The notes beneath the pieces were generated by a model, which saw only the letters and a list, made by a program, of their open reading frames with translations, did not search any database and was not told where the DNA came from. This document shows, in pieces, positions 1 through 7,010 of a DNA stretch of 15,288 nucleotides. The stretch lies in assembly GCA_039801565.1 (NCBI GenBank), contig JBDRUX010000059.1, positions 1-15,288 on the forward strand. The letters are read 5' to 3'. The translations under genes and the position numbers were made by a program. Source of the DNA: a candidate division WOR-3 bacterium. Its GTDB lineage: Bacteria > Hydrothermota > Tepidihabitantia > Tepidihabitantales > JAOUPE01. How positions within the stretch are numbered: the first letter of the stretch is position 1; every line of letters begins with the position of its first letter.

Positions 1-126
1 ATGGGCGTGTCAGGGTTCTTATCTGGACATGAAAGAATTAGAAGAATGGGATCGAAAAAACGGTATTTCCGATACCGAAAAATCAACTATTGGAGTATGA
101 AATTGCAGACAATTTGTTACTTGACC
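1..126 (+). mobile_element. Probable right end of an IS256-family insertion sequence (transposase C-terminus plus right terminal inverted repeat), truncated by the window start
   Basis: Frame 2 is open from base 2 to TGA at 98-100 and reads WACQGSYLDMKELEEWDRKNGISDTEKSTIGV*, resembling the W-x4-YLDM-x2-L tail I recall for IS256-family transposases. It is followed directly by AATTGCAGACAATTTGTTACTTGACC (101-126), which resembles IS256-type right ends. The left end and target duplication are not visible. Confidence 0.55.
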
Positions 127-182
127 TTCAGAAATTGATTGTAATGTAAATATGAAAACTAATAAGAAGGGTGGTGATATAA

Positions 183-367
183 GTGCCTGTCAGGTCTACT
201 GTTAGACGAATGAAGAAGTTCGAGTAAAATATGCCCCAGAAACGATTAAGCAAGCGATTGAAAAGCAAAGGCAGAGTATCATTGGCCAGCAGACCGCCAA
301 CAAATCCGAGTTATGAGAGATTGAATTGATTTTGGTTGTTGGACCAAAAACCAATAACCAAAAATAA
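183..367 (+). pseudogene. Degenerate remnant of a small protein gene (frameshift and internal stop)
   Basis: SD-like GGGTGGTGA at 169-177 precedes GTG at 183 (MPVRSTVRRMKKFE, TAA 225-227). The -1 frame from 224 continues as helical-looking VKYAPETIKQAIEKQRQSIIGQQTANKSEL, TGA 314-316, then EIELILVVGPKTNNQK* to 367. Confidence 0.3.
330..363. terminator. 13-bp inverted repeat, possible terminator or structured element
   Basis: TTTTGGTTGTTGG (330-342) / loop ACCAAAAA / CCAATAACCAAAA (351-363), with one G-U pair. There is no classic U-tract on the + strand. Confidence 0.35.
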
Positions 368-555
368 ACTTTGTGGTCTCTGATTATCATTTTAAATAAT
401 TATTAACCAAATGCTTCTTTTGTCAGTGAAGCAATATTTAACGAGACGGTTTTACCTTTAAAACGCGATACCTTCCTCTTCTTTAAGATTTGAAAAGTGT
501 TTGCTATTTAATCAAACTGATTTATTTTGTTCAAAAAAGTCTGGCATTTTTATTG

Positions 556-583
556 TTGACAGCCGGTTAATTTTTGTTATACT
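556..583 (+). promoter_or_regulatory. sigma70-type promoter P1 upstream of rho (extended -10)
   Basis: TTGACA 556-561, 16-bp spacer, TG at 575-576, TATACT 578-583. Confidence 0.7.
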
Positions 584-618
584 TAAATTACTCAAAATTA
601 ATTTGACAAGAAAACGTC

Positions 619-646
619 TTGACGAAGCGGATACGTTGGATACAAT
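619..646 (+). promoter_or_regulatory. sigma70-type promoter P2 upstream of rho
   Basis: TTGACG 619-624, 16-bp spacer, TACAAT 641-646. Confidence 0.55.
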
Positions 647-657
647 ATAATTAAACT

Positions 658-731
658 GATGGTTTTTCCTTGGCTGGGTTTAAACCCTGTCCGAAAAACT
701 CAAGGTTAAATAACAAGAATGAAAACCTATC
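658..731 (+). promoter_or_regulatory. Putative structured 5' leader of rho mRNA
   Basis: Nested pairings: GATGGTTTTT (658-667) with GAAAACCTATC (721-731, one bulge), CCTTG (668-672) with CAAGG (701-705), and inner hairpin GGGT-TTAA-ACCC (676-687). Confidence 0.35.
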
Positions 732-756
732 TTCGCAATAGCAAAAAGGAGTAAAA

Positions 757-2013
757 ATGGAAGCCGAAGAACTAAAGAGAAAGAAACTATCCGAACTTTA
801 TGAAATAGCCAAGTCGTTAGGAATTGAAGATTATTCGGAAAAGAAGAAGCAAGACTTAGTCTTATCAATCTTAGAGGCAGAGACGAAACAGAAAGAGGAT
901 GGTCAGATGCCGGTGACCGGTGTCTTGGAGGTTTTGGAAGACGGTTTCGGTTTCTTACGCTCACCTGACTACAGTTACCTGCCGAGTTCAGATGATATTT
1001 ATGTTTCACCAGCGCAAATTAAAAAGTTTAATTTGCGTACCGGTGATACCATTGTTGGTGTAGCCCGACCCCCCAAGAACACCGAACGTTATTTCGCTTT
1101 GCTACGAATTGATTCGGTTAATTCGCTGCCGGTGGAGTCAATTCGTGACCGAATTCCGTTCGATGAACTGATTCCGCTTTATCCCCAACAGCGGATTAAT
1201 TTAGAAGTGCCCGATAAAAATGACCTTTCGATGCGGGTGACCAACCTTTTTGTCCCGATTGGTAAAGGACAACGGGGATTAATTGTCTCACCACCCCGGG
1301 CGGGTAAGACAATCTTTTTGCAAAAGATTGCTAATAGTATCACTGCCAATCATCCCGAAATTACCTTGATTATTCTTTTGATTGACGAACGACCCGAAGA
1401 AGTTACCGATATGGAACGGTCGGTTAAAGCCGAAGTAATCAGTTCGACCTTTGATGAAGTACCCGAGCGCCATGTTCAAGTCGCTGATATTGTCTTAGAG
1501 AAAGCCAAACGTTTGGTGGAAGCAAAACACGATGTGGTAATTCTTTTAGATAGTATCACCCGCTTGGCACGGGCTCATAATTTAGTTGTGCCCCATTCCG
1601 GACGAACCCTCTCGGGTGGTTTGGATTCAAATGCCTTACAGAAACCTAAGAAATTCTTTGGTTCGGCGCGTTGTATCGAAGAAGGTGGGAGTTTGACCAT
1701 TATCGCTACTGCCTTGGTTGATACTGGTAGTCGAATGGATGAGGTCATTTTTGAGGAATTTAAAGGAACCGGTAATATGGAACTGGTCTTAGACCGTAAA
1801 CTGGCTGACCGGCGCATCTTCCCAGCGATTGATTTACAAAAATCTGGAACCCGTAAGGAAGAGTTATTACTTTCCGAATTTGAATTGAACCGAATTTGGA
1901 TTTTACGCAAACTTTTAGCCGATTTAAATCCAGTGGAGATGATGGAGTTCGTCTTGGATAAGATGCGGTTAACTCGAAACAATCAAGAGTTTTTAGAAAG
2001 TATGAGTGAATAG
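757..2013 (+). CDS. rho: Transcription termination factor Rho (418 aa, compact form without N-terminal insertion)
   Basis: Rho_N helix bundle, DGFGFLR RNA-binding motif, Walker [56 protein letters not shown] at 746-751. Confidence 0.99.
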   Translation: MEAEELKRKKLSELYEIAKSLGIEDYSEKKKQDLVLSILEAETKQKEDGQMPVTGVLEVLEDGFGFLRSPDYSYLPSSDDIYVSPAQIKKFNLRTGDTIVGVARPPKNTERYFALLRIDSVNSLPVESIRDRIPFDELIPLYPQQRINLEVPDKNDLSMRVTNLFVPIGKGQRGLIVSPPRAGKTIFLQKIANSITANHPEITLIILLIDERPEEVTDMERSVKAEVISSTFDEVPERHVQVADIVLEKAKRLVEAKHDVVILLDSITRLARAHNLVVPHSGRTLSGGLDSNALQKPKKFFGSARCIEEGGSLTIIATALVDTGSRMDEVIFEEFKGTGNMELVLDRKLADRRIFPAIDLQKSGTRKEELLLSEFELNRIWILRKLLADLNPVEMMEFVLDKMRLTRNNQEFLESMSE

Positions 2014-2021
2014 GAGTAATG

Positions 2022-2243
2022 ATGAAACCAGGCATCCATCCCAAATATGTGGATTGTGTGATTACTTGTGCTTGCGGTAATAAGATTGAGACGCGTTCGA
2101 CTAAACCGAAAATTTCAGTTGAAATTTGTTCGAAATGTCATCCTTTCTTTACCGGCAAGCAAAAGATTGTTGATACTGCAGGAAGGGTTGAAAAATTCCG
2201 ACGGCGCTACCGGAAAATTGAACCAAAAGCCGGGGATAATTAA
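2022..2243 (+). CDS. rpmE: 50S ribosomal protein L31 (bL31), zinc-ribbon (C+) type
   Basis: MKPGIHPKY...CACG...[35 protein letters not shown] at 2012-2016 overlaps the rho stop; the spacing favours ATG 2022 over ATG 2019. Confidence 0.98.
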   Translation: MKPGIHPKYVDCVITCACGNKIETRSTKPKISVEICSKCHPFFTGKQKIVDTAGRVEKFRRRYRKIEPKAGDN

Positions 2244-2258
2244 AGAATAAAAGAACAG

Positions 2259-3366
2259 ATGGATTTTACGCCCCGAATCAAAGAATTATCCCAACGAATT
2301 ACATCGTTAAAGGAGTTTCTTTGATTTTTCCGAAAAAACTACAGAACTGGACACCTTAGAGAAAAAAGTTGCCGAGCCTAATTTCTGGCAGGACCCGAAC
2401 CACGCCAAAGAGACTTTAACCCGCATCAATAATCTAAAGTCAATAATCGAACCTATCAACCAATTGGCAAAAGAGTTAGCCGAGACCGAGGAATTTCAAG
2501 CCCTTTTCGCTTCCGAACCTGAGGCAGAAGCAGAAATAAATAGCCGACTTGATAAAATCGAGCAGGAAATCGAAGCGATAGAAAAGAAAGGATTGTTCCA
2601 AAATCCTTGCGACCAAAAATCGGCAATCCTGACAATTCATCCTGGAGCCGGTGGCACGGAGTCTTGCGACTGGGCAGCAATGCTTTTACGAATGTATTTA
2701 AAATACTTTGAGCGAAAAGGTCTAAGTTATCGAGTACTGGATTTGGAGCCAAATGAAGAGGCTGGCATCAAAGACGCGGTTGTTGAGGTGACTGGAGAAA
2801 ATGCCTATGGTCTGTTAAAAGCCGAGACTGGTGTCCATCGTTTGGTTCGCATCTCACCCTTTGATGCTAATAAAAGACGCCACACTTCTTTCACTGCGGT
2901 CTTTGTCTATCCTGAAATGGAAGAGATTGAAGTGAAGATTGACCCAAAGGATTTAAAGATTGATACCTTCCGGGCGGGTGGTCATGGTGGTCAGAATGTG
3001 AATAAAGTCTCATCCGCAGTTCGAATCACCCATATCCCAACTGGTATTGTTGTCACTTGTCAAAATGAACGGTCACAATTCCAAAATAAACAGAACGCAA
3101 TGAAGGTCTTGCGGGCACGCCTTTACGATTATTATCAAAAGGAGAAGGATAAAGAGATTGAGAAATTGGAAGCGACGAAAACCGATATCGCTTGGGGGCA
3201 TCAGATTCGCTCCTATGTCTTATTTCCTTATCAATTGGTGAAGGACCATCGGACGAATTACGAAACATCGGATGTGCAGGGTGTCTTGGATGGCGACTTG
3301 GATAATTTTATCTATGCTTATCTCAAAAGCTTAAAACCTACCAACCAAAAGTCGGGGCCGAAATAA
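2259..3366 (+). CDS. prfB: Peptide chain release factor 2, expressed through a programmed +1 frameshift after codon 21 (about 368 aa)
   Basis: ATG 2259 opens MDFTPRIKELSQRITSLKEFL and stops at TGA 2322-2324. The +1 frame from 2323 reads DFSEKTTELDTLEKKVAEPNFWQDPNHAK... in frame with the 2464..3366 ORF, which has the RF2 SPF motif (RISPFDA), GGQ and WGHQIRSYV. Confidence 0.97.
2309..2325 (+). promoter_or_regulatory. RF2 autoregulatory +1 frameshift site (internal SD + CTT TGA T)
   Basis: AAAGGAG (2309-2315), TTT, CTT (2319-2321), TGA (2322-2324), T. Same geometry as the E. coli AGG GGG TAT CTT TGA C site. Confidence 0.93.
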
Positions 3367-3384
3367 ATTTTAACCAATAAAATC

Positions 3385-4278
3385 GTGCAAGGCTATCGTC
3401 GTTTTTTATTACCTGAAGTGATTTGTAAACTGCGCCGGATTGACTTAAAGGCGCGTTTGGTTGTGGAAGGTTTTCTAACCGGATTGCATCGCAGTCCCTT
3501 CAAGGGTTTTTCGGTCGAATTTGCCGACTATCGTCAATATATGCCTGGTGACGAATTGAAGCGGATTGATTGGAAGGTCTATGCTAAAACCGACCGATTT
3601 TATATTCGAGAATACGAAGAAGAAACCAATTTGCGGGCTTATCTTTTGTTAGATACCTCAGGCTCAATGAGTTATACTTCGGATAAGATCTCAAAATTAG
3701 AATATGCCTCTTATTTAGCAGCCAGTTTGGCCTATTTATTATTAAGACAAAAGGACAGTGTTGCCTTGGTGCAGTTTGCGACTAAGATTGAAAAGTATAT
3801 TCCACCCCGGCAGAGTGGGGCACACCTTTCGGTGCTTTTGCACACCTTGGATAAAATCAAACCCGGTGGCGAGACCGATTTGGCACAAACTTTTCATCAA
3901 TTAGCCGAAAAGATCCGGCGTCGGGGCTTAGTCATTATTCTTTCCGATTTATTTGATGTTAAAGAGAAAGTATTAAAGGCACTGCGCCATTTTCGGCATC
4001 GTAAACACGAAGTCTTGGTCTTTCAAATTCTTGACCGTAATGAAATTGATTTCAGATTTAATGCGCCATTAGTGTTAAAAGACTTAGAGACGGCAAAAGA
4101 ATTAACATGCGACCCACGGCCGATTCGAAAAGAATATCAAAAGGCATTTGATGAATTTTTTACCGATTTTCGGCGTCGATGCCGTGAGAGTCAGATTGAT
4201 TATCATTTAATCACAACTGATATGCCGTTTGATCGCGCCCTTTTTGCCTATTTAGAAAAAAGGAAACGATTGGGTTAA
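3385..4278 (+). CDS. DUF58 / vWA-domain protein (MoxR-associated family)
   Basis: GLHRSPFKGFSVEFADYRQYMPGDELKRIDWKVYAKT, EEETNL, LLLDTSGSM, IILSDLF. GTG start. Confidence 0.93.
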   Translation: MQGYRRFLLPEVICKLRRIDLKARLVVEGFLTGLHRSPFKGFSVEFADYRQYMPGDELKRIDWKVYAKTDRFYIREYEEETNLRAYLLLDTSGSMSYTSDKISKLEYASYLAASLAYLLLRQKDSVALVQFATKIEKYIPPRQSGAHLSVLLHTLDKIKPGGETDLAQTFHQLAEKIRRRGLVIILSDLFDVKEKVLKALRHFRHRKHEVLVFQILDRNEIDFRFNAPLVLKDLETAKELTCDPRPIRKEYQKAFDEFFTDFRRRCRESQIDYHLITTDMPFDRALFAYLEKRKRLG

Positions 4279-4284
4279 AGAACG

Positions 4285-6186
4285 GTGTCCTTTCTTTATC
4301 CTCAATTCCTCTGGTTATTAAGTTTAGCTTCGGTCCCGGTCATCTTACATCTTTTATCCCGAATTCGGCTGAAACGGGTAGATTTCTCAGCGCTTTATTT
4401 CTTAAAAGATACCAAACGGGAACGGTTCAGTTGGTTTAAATTAAAAGAGATTTTGCTTTTAGTGTCTCGAACTTTGATTGTAGCATTTTTATTTTTAGCA
4501 CTGGCACGCCCCAATTGTCATAAAAGATTTTTGCCGTTAAAAAAGCAGGCACAGCGGGCAATCATAATTGATGACTCTTACAGTATGGGATATGGCCATC
4601 AATTTGAACAAGCCAAGCACACCGCGAAAAGAATTTTATCGGATTTAAGTTGGGGGAGCGAAGTGACGATTTTGACCACTTCCCAAAGTCAAGGCTCTTA
4701 TAAAGGGAAAAATTTAAAATTGGCAAGTAACTTTATTGACTCACTTTCAGTTTCCTATTTTGGTTCGGATTTAGAAAATAGTTTAATCCAAGCCCAAGCC
4801 GATTTAGCCGAAACCCAATTAGCTTTGAGAGAGATTTTCATTATTAGCGATTTGCAAAAAAGGGCATTTTTACCGATTTTGCAAAACTTCCAATTGAAAT
4901 TTCCAACTTATGTAATTGATATTGGTCAAAATCAAACAAATTGTGCAGTTACTACAATCTTTTTTTCCGAGCAGTTTCCCCAAGCAACCCGACCGGCAAA
5001 AGTTGGAACAAAAATTAAAAATTACAGTGAAAACGAAATTATTCAAAAGGTAACTCTTAATCTTAATGATAAGATTGAGACTAAGCAAATTAAAATTGCT
5101 AAAAAAGAAGAAAAGACGTTATGGTTTGACACTGAGATTGGAGCAAGCGGCAACTATTTTGGCTCGGTTCGAATTGAGCCGGACTCGTTGCCGATTGATG
5201 ACCAACGCTATTTTGTTTTGGCGGTCCCAGAAAAGATACCGGTATTGTTAGTCTATTCCCAAATTCCGGAAATCTATTATTTACAGCGAGCATTAAGCCC
5301 AACCGAGGATAATACTTTTAATGTTATTGTGACGGATGAGAAAGGATTTCGCCAAAAGAATTTAAATCATTTTGCCGTTGTTGGTATCATTAATCCGGTT
5401 AATTTTACTCGTACCGACTGGCAACGACTCGATTACTATAAACAAAAAGGCGGCAAAGTTTTTATTGCCTTGGGGGGAGAACCAAAAGATAGGACCGGAT
5501 TAGAACCTTTTATTGATTATGAAATACAATTGGCAGTCACTGGATTCGTATCAATCGAAATGATTCAATCCGACCACCCGATATTTGAAATCTTTAGTGG
5601 CATTGATTTGAGTCGAGCTAAGTTCTTTCGGTGGTCGAAAGTAAATCCAAAACGGGCTAAAATTCTCGCTCGTTTTTCGGATGGGAGTCCATTCCTTTTA
5701 GAGAGTAATGACCATAATTGTATTATCGCGACAACAAATTTTGACCTTATAGCGACTGATTTGGTCTTCAAGCCTATTTTTTTGCCATTAATTCAAAGAA
5801 TCTTTTTTTATTTAGCAAGGGGCGATTTTAAAACCGAATACGAAGTTGGTAGCACAATTACCACAGAAATCCAACCCCCAGGCCTTGTTAGTATAAAAAC
5901 ACCAAAAGAGACATACTCGATTATGCCCGAGATAATTGGTGAAAGAAAAGTAGTAAGGTTGGAAAGAATAAATGAACCGGGGATTTATCAAATTGGTGAG
6001 AAGATTTTTGCGGTTAATGTTAATTATCAAGAATCAGACTTGCAACGAGTCAATGCCAAAGAATTGGCAAAAGCCGGATTTAAATTTTTAAGCAGCACGG
6101 CCAGCGCGGTGACGGACTTGAGTAACTTATTTATCATTATAACCTTTTTGGCATTAACTGTTGAAATGTTACTTTTAATCCTTTAG
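4285..6186 (+). CDS. BatA-type N-terminal double-transmembrane, vWA-domain membrane protein (633 aa)
   Basis: MSFLYP..L.L...PVILHL...VDFSAL.FL...LL..R.L......ALARP matches the BatA N-terminal pattern. MIDAS-like IIIDDSYSM and IISDLQK, NVNYQESDL near the C-terminus, and a C-terminal hydrophobic anchor. GTG start 6 nt after the DUF58 stop. Confidence 0.85.
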   Translation: MSFLYPQFLWLLSLASVPVILHLLSRIRLKRVDFSALYFLKDTKRERFSWFKLKEILLLVSRTLIVAFLFLALARPNCHKRFLPLKKQAQRAIIIDDSYSMGYGHQFEQAKHTAKRILSDLSWGSEVTILTTSQSQGSYKGKNLKLASNFIDSLSVSYFGSDLENSLIQAQADLAETQLALREIFIISDLQKRAFLPILQNFQLKFPTYVIDIGQNQTNCAVTTIFFSEQFPQATRPAKVGTKIKNYSENEIIQKVTLNLNDKIETKQIKIAKKEEKTLWFDTEIGASGNYFGSVRIEPDSLPIDDQRYFVLAVPEKIPVLLVYSQIPEIYYLQRALSPTEDNTFNVIVTDEKGFRQKNLNHFAVVGIINPVNFTRTDWQRLDYYKQKGGKVFIALGGEPKDRTGLEPFIDYEIQLAVTGFVSIEMIQSDHPIFEIFSGIDLSRAKFFRWSKVNPKRAKILARFSDGSPFLLESNDHNCIIATTNFDLIATDLVFKPIFLPLIQRIFFYLARGDFKTEYEVGSTITTEIQPPGLVSIKTPKETYSIMPEIIGERKVVRLERINEPGIYQIGEKIFAVNVNYQESDLQRVNAKELAKAGFKFLSSTASAVTDLSNLFIIITFLALTVEMLLLIL

Positions 6187-6207
6187 GACAGTAAGTCAAA
6201 GATTTTC

Positions 6208-6235
6208 TTGATTTTTGGTAATTTTTTGCTATAAT
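6208..6235 (+). promoter_or_regulatory. sigma70-type promoter with extended -10, probably giving a leaderless transcript
   Basis: TTGATT 6208-6213, 16-bp spacer, TG at 6227-6228, TATAAT 6230-6235. ATG follows 7 nt later at 6243. Confidence 0.7.
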
Positions 6236-6242
6236 TAAAAAT

Positions 6243-6767
6243 ATGGCTAAATTCCTTAGTTTTTTTATTTTGGGTGTAAATTTACTTTTGGCTCAGGTTG
6301 CGAACGAAACAATCCCGAAGGTTATCGAACCAAAACTCTTGGTTGATGATGGTGAAAGTGTGATGGCAAGTTATGGTGACGCCAATTTAATAATGACCAA
6401 TAAATATTTTAAGTTGAAGGAACGTTTAAACTCACGACGTTGGCAAGGCTACCAGGGAAATATAAAAATTTCCGAATCACGATTTTTTGAAGTTGCTGGC
6501 TTTAATCAAGAGGCAAAGATGGCCGGTCGATACCAAACAGTCCGTCGAAGTGTATTTTGGAGTGGTACCGGAATGATTGTTTTAGGTGGATTGATAACCA
6601 CTGTCGAAGTGGTAAGACAGGGTAACAGTTGGCATTTTCCACCGGTTGGGATTGGGCTTTTAGTTACCGGAATTGGTCTGGAGGCGCTTTGGTATTTTGC
6701 CCCACCCAATAACTATTCTTTAGCTAAAGCCCTCGCCGCAGCTGATAAATACAATCAAGGTCGTTAG
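6243..6767 (+). CDS. Hypothetical exported/membrane protein (174 aa)
   Basis: Signal-peptide-like N-terminus (MAKFLSFFILGVNLLLAQ) and two Gly-rich hydrophobic segments (VFWSGTGMIVLGGLITTV; VGIGLLVTGIGLEALWYF). It has its own promoter. No family recognised. Confidence 0.8.
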   Translation: MAKFLSFFILGVNLLLAQVANETIPKVIEPKLLVDDGESVMASYGDANLIMTNKYFKLKERLNSRRWQGYQGNIKISESRFFEVAGFNQEAKMAGRYQTVRRSVFWSGTGMIVLGGLITTVEVVRQGNSWHFPPVGIGLLVTGIGLEALWYFAPPNNYSLAKALAAADKYNQGR

Positions 6768-6839
6768 GATTTTATTAATTATTAAAAACTTAGGTTAATT
6801 GGTCAAGTTTTTTTCTTGGCAATTGGATTTAATTCGCTA

Positions 6840-6867
6840 TTGACAAAAATAAAAATTATTCTATACT
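6840..6867 (+). promoter_or_regulatory. sigma70-type promoter (distal) upstream of ispA-dxs-sprA
   Basis: TTGACA 6840-6845, 16-bp spacer, TATACT 6862-6867. Confidence 0.65.
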
Positions 6868-6969
6868 GAAAGTCAATCTAAAAGAAATGATTACTGATTT
6901 TGTTAATTTTAAAAAAAATCTAAGTTGCCATTTGATAACGGAGGTCCTATCACGCTTTAAAGTCCTGAA

Positions 6970-6997
6970 TTGACACAAAGTTTAAAACTTTTATACT
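6970..6997 (+). promoter_or_regulatory. sigma70-type promoter (proximal) upstream of ispA
   Basis: TTGACA 6970-6975, 16-bp spacer, TATACT 6992-6997, 13 nt before ATG 7011. Confidence 0.7.
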
Positions 6998-7010
6998 TTC
7001 ATTGCTTATT

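Noticed and set aside
121..152. Hybrid promoter from an IS-end outward -35 (TTGACC 121-126)
   Set aside because: There is no acceptable -10 hexamer at 16-18 bp spacing.
202..390. 62-aa minus-strand hydrophobic ORF
   Set aside because: No SD or recognisable family, and it runs through the 330-363 hairpin. The + strand remnant has the better start signal. It cannot be fully excluded.
412..433. TGCTTC-N10-GAAGCA inverted repeat
   Set aside because: A 6-bp stem seen once is compatible with chance.
585..756. Known riboswitch (fluoride, c-di-GMP, SAM, TPP) in the rho leader
   Set aside because: The conserved core sequences of these families are not present by eye.
2464..3366. ORF-track 300-aa RF2 starting at TTG 2464
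   Set aside because: This is a truncated call. The frame is open from 2323 and joins the ATG 2259 ORF through the +1 frameshift. It is not a pseudogene.
6768..6792. AT-only dyad after the hypothetical gene as a terminator
   Set aside because: The stem has no GC pairs and is too weak to call.
7002..7010. TTG 7002 as ispA start
   Set aside because: It lies only 4 nt after the -10 hexamer, probably upstream of the TSS. ATG 7011 fits better.
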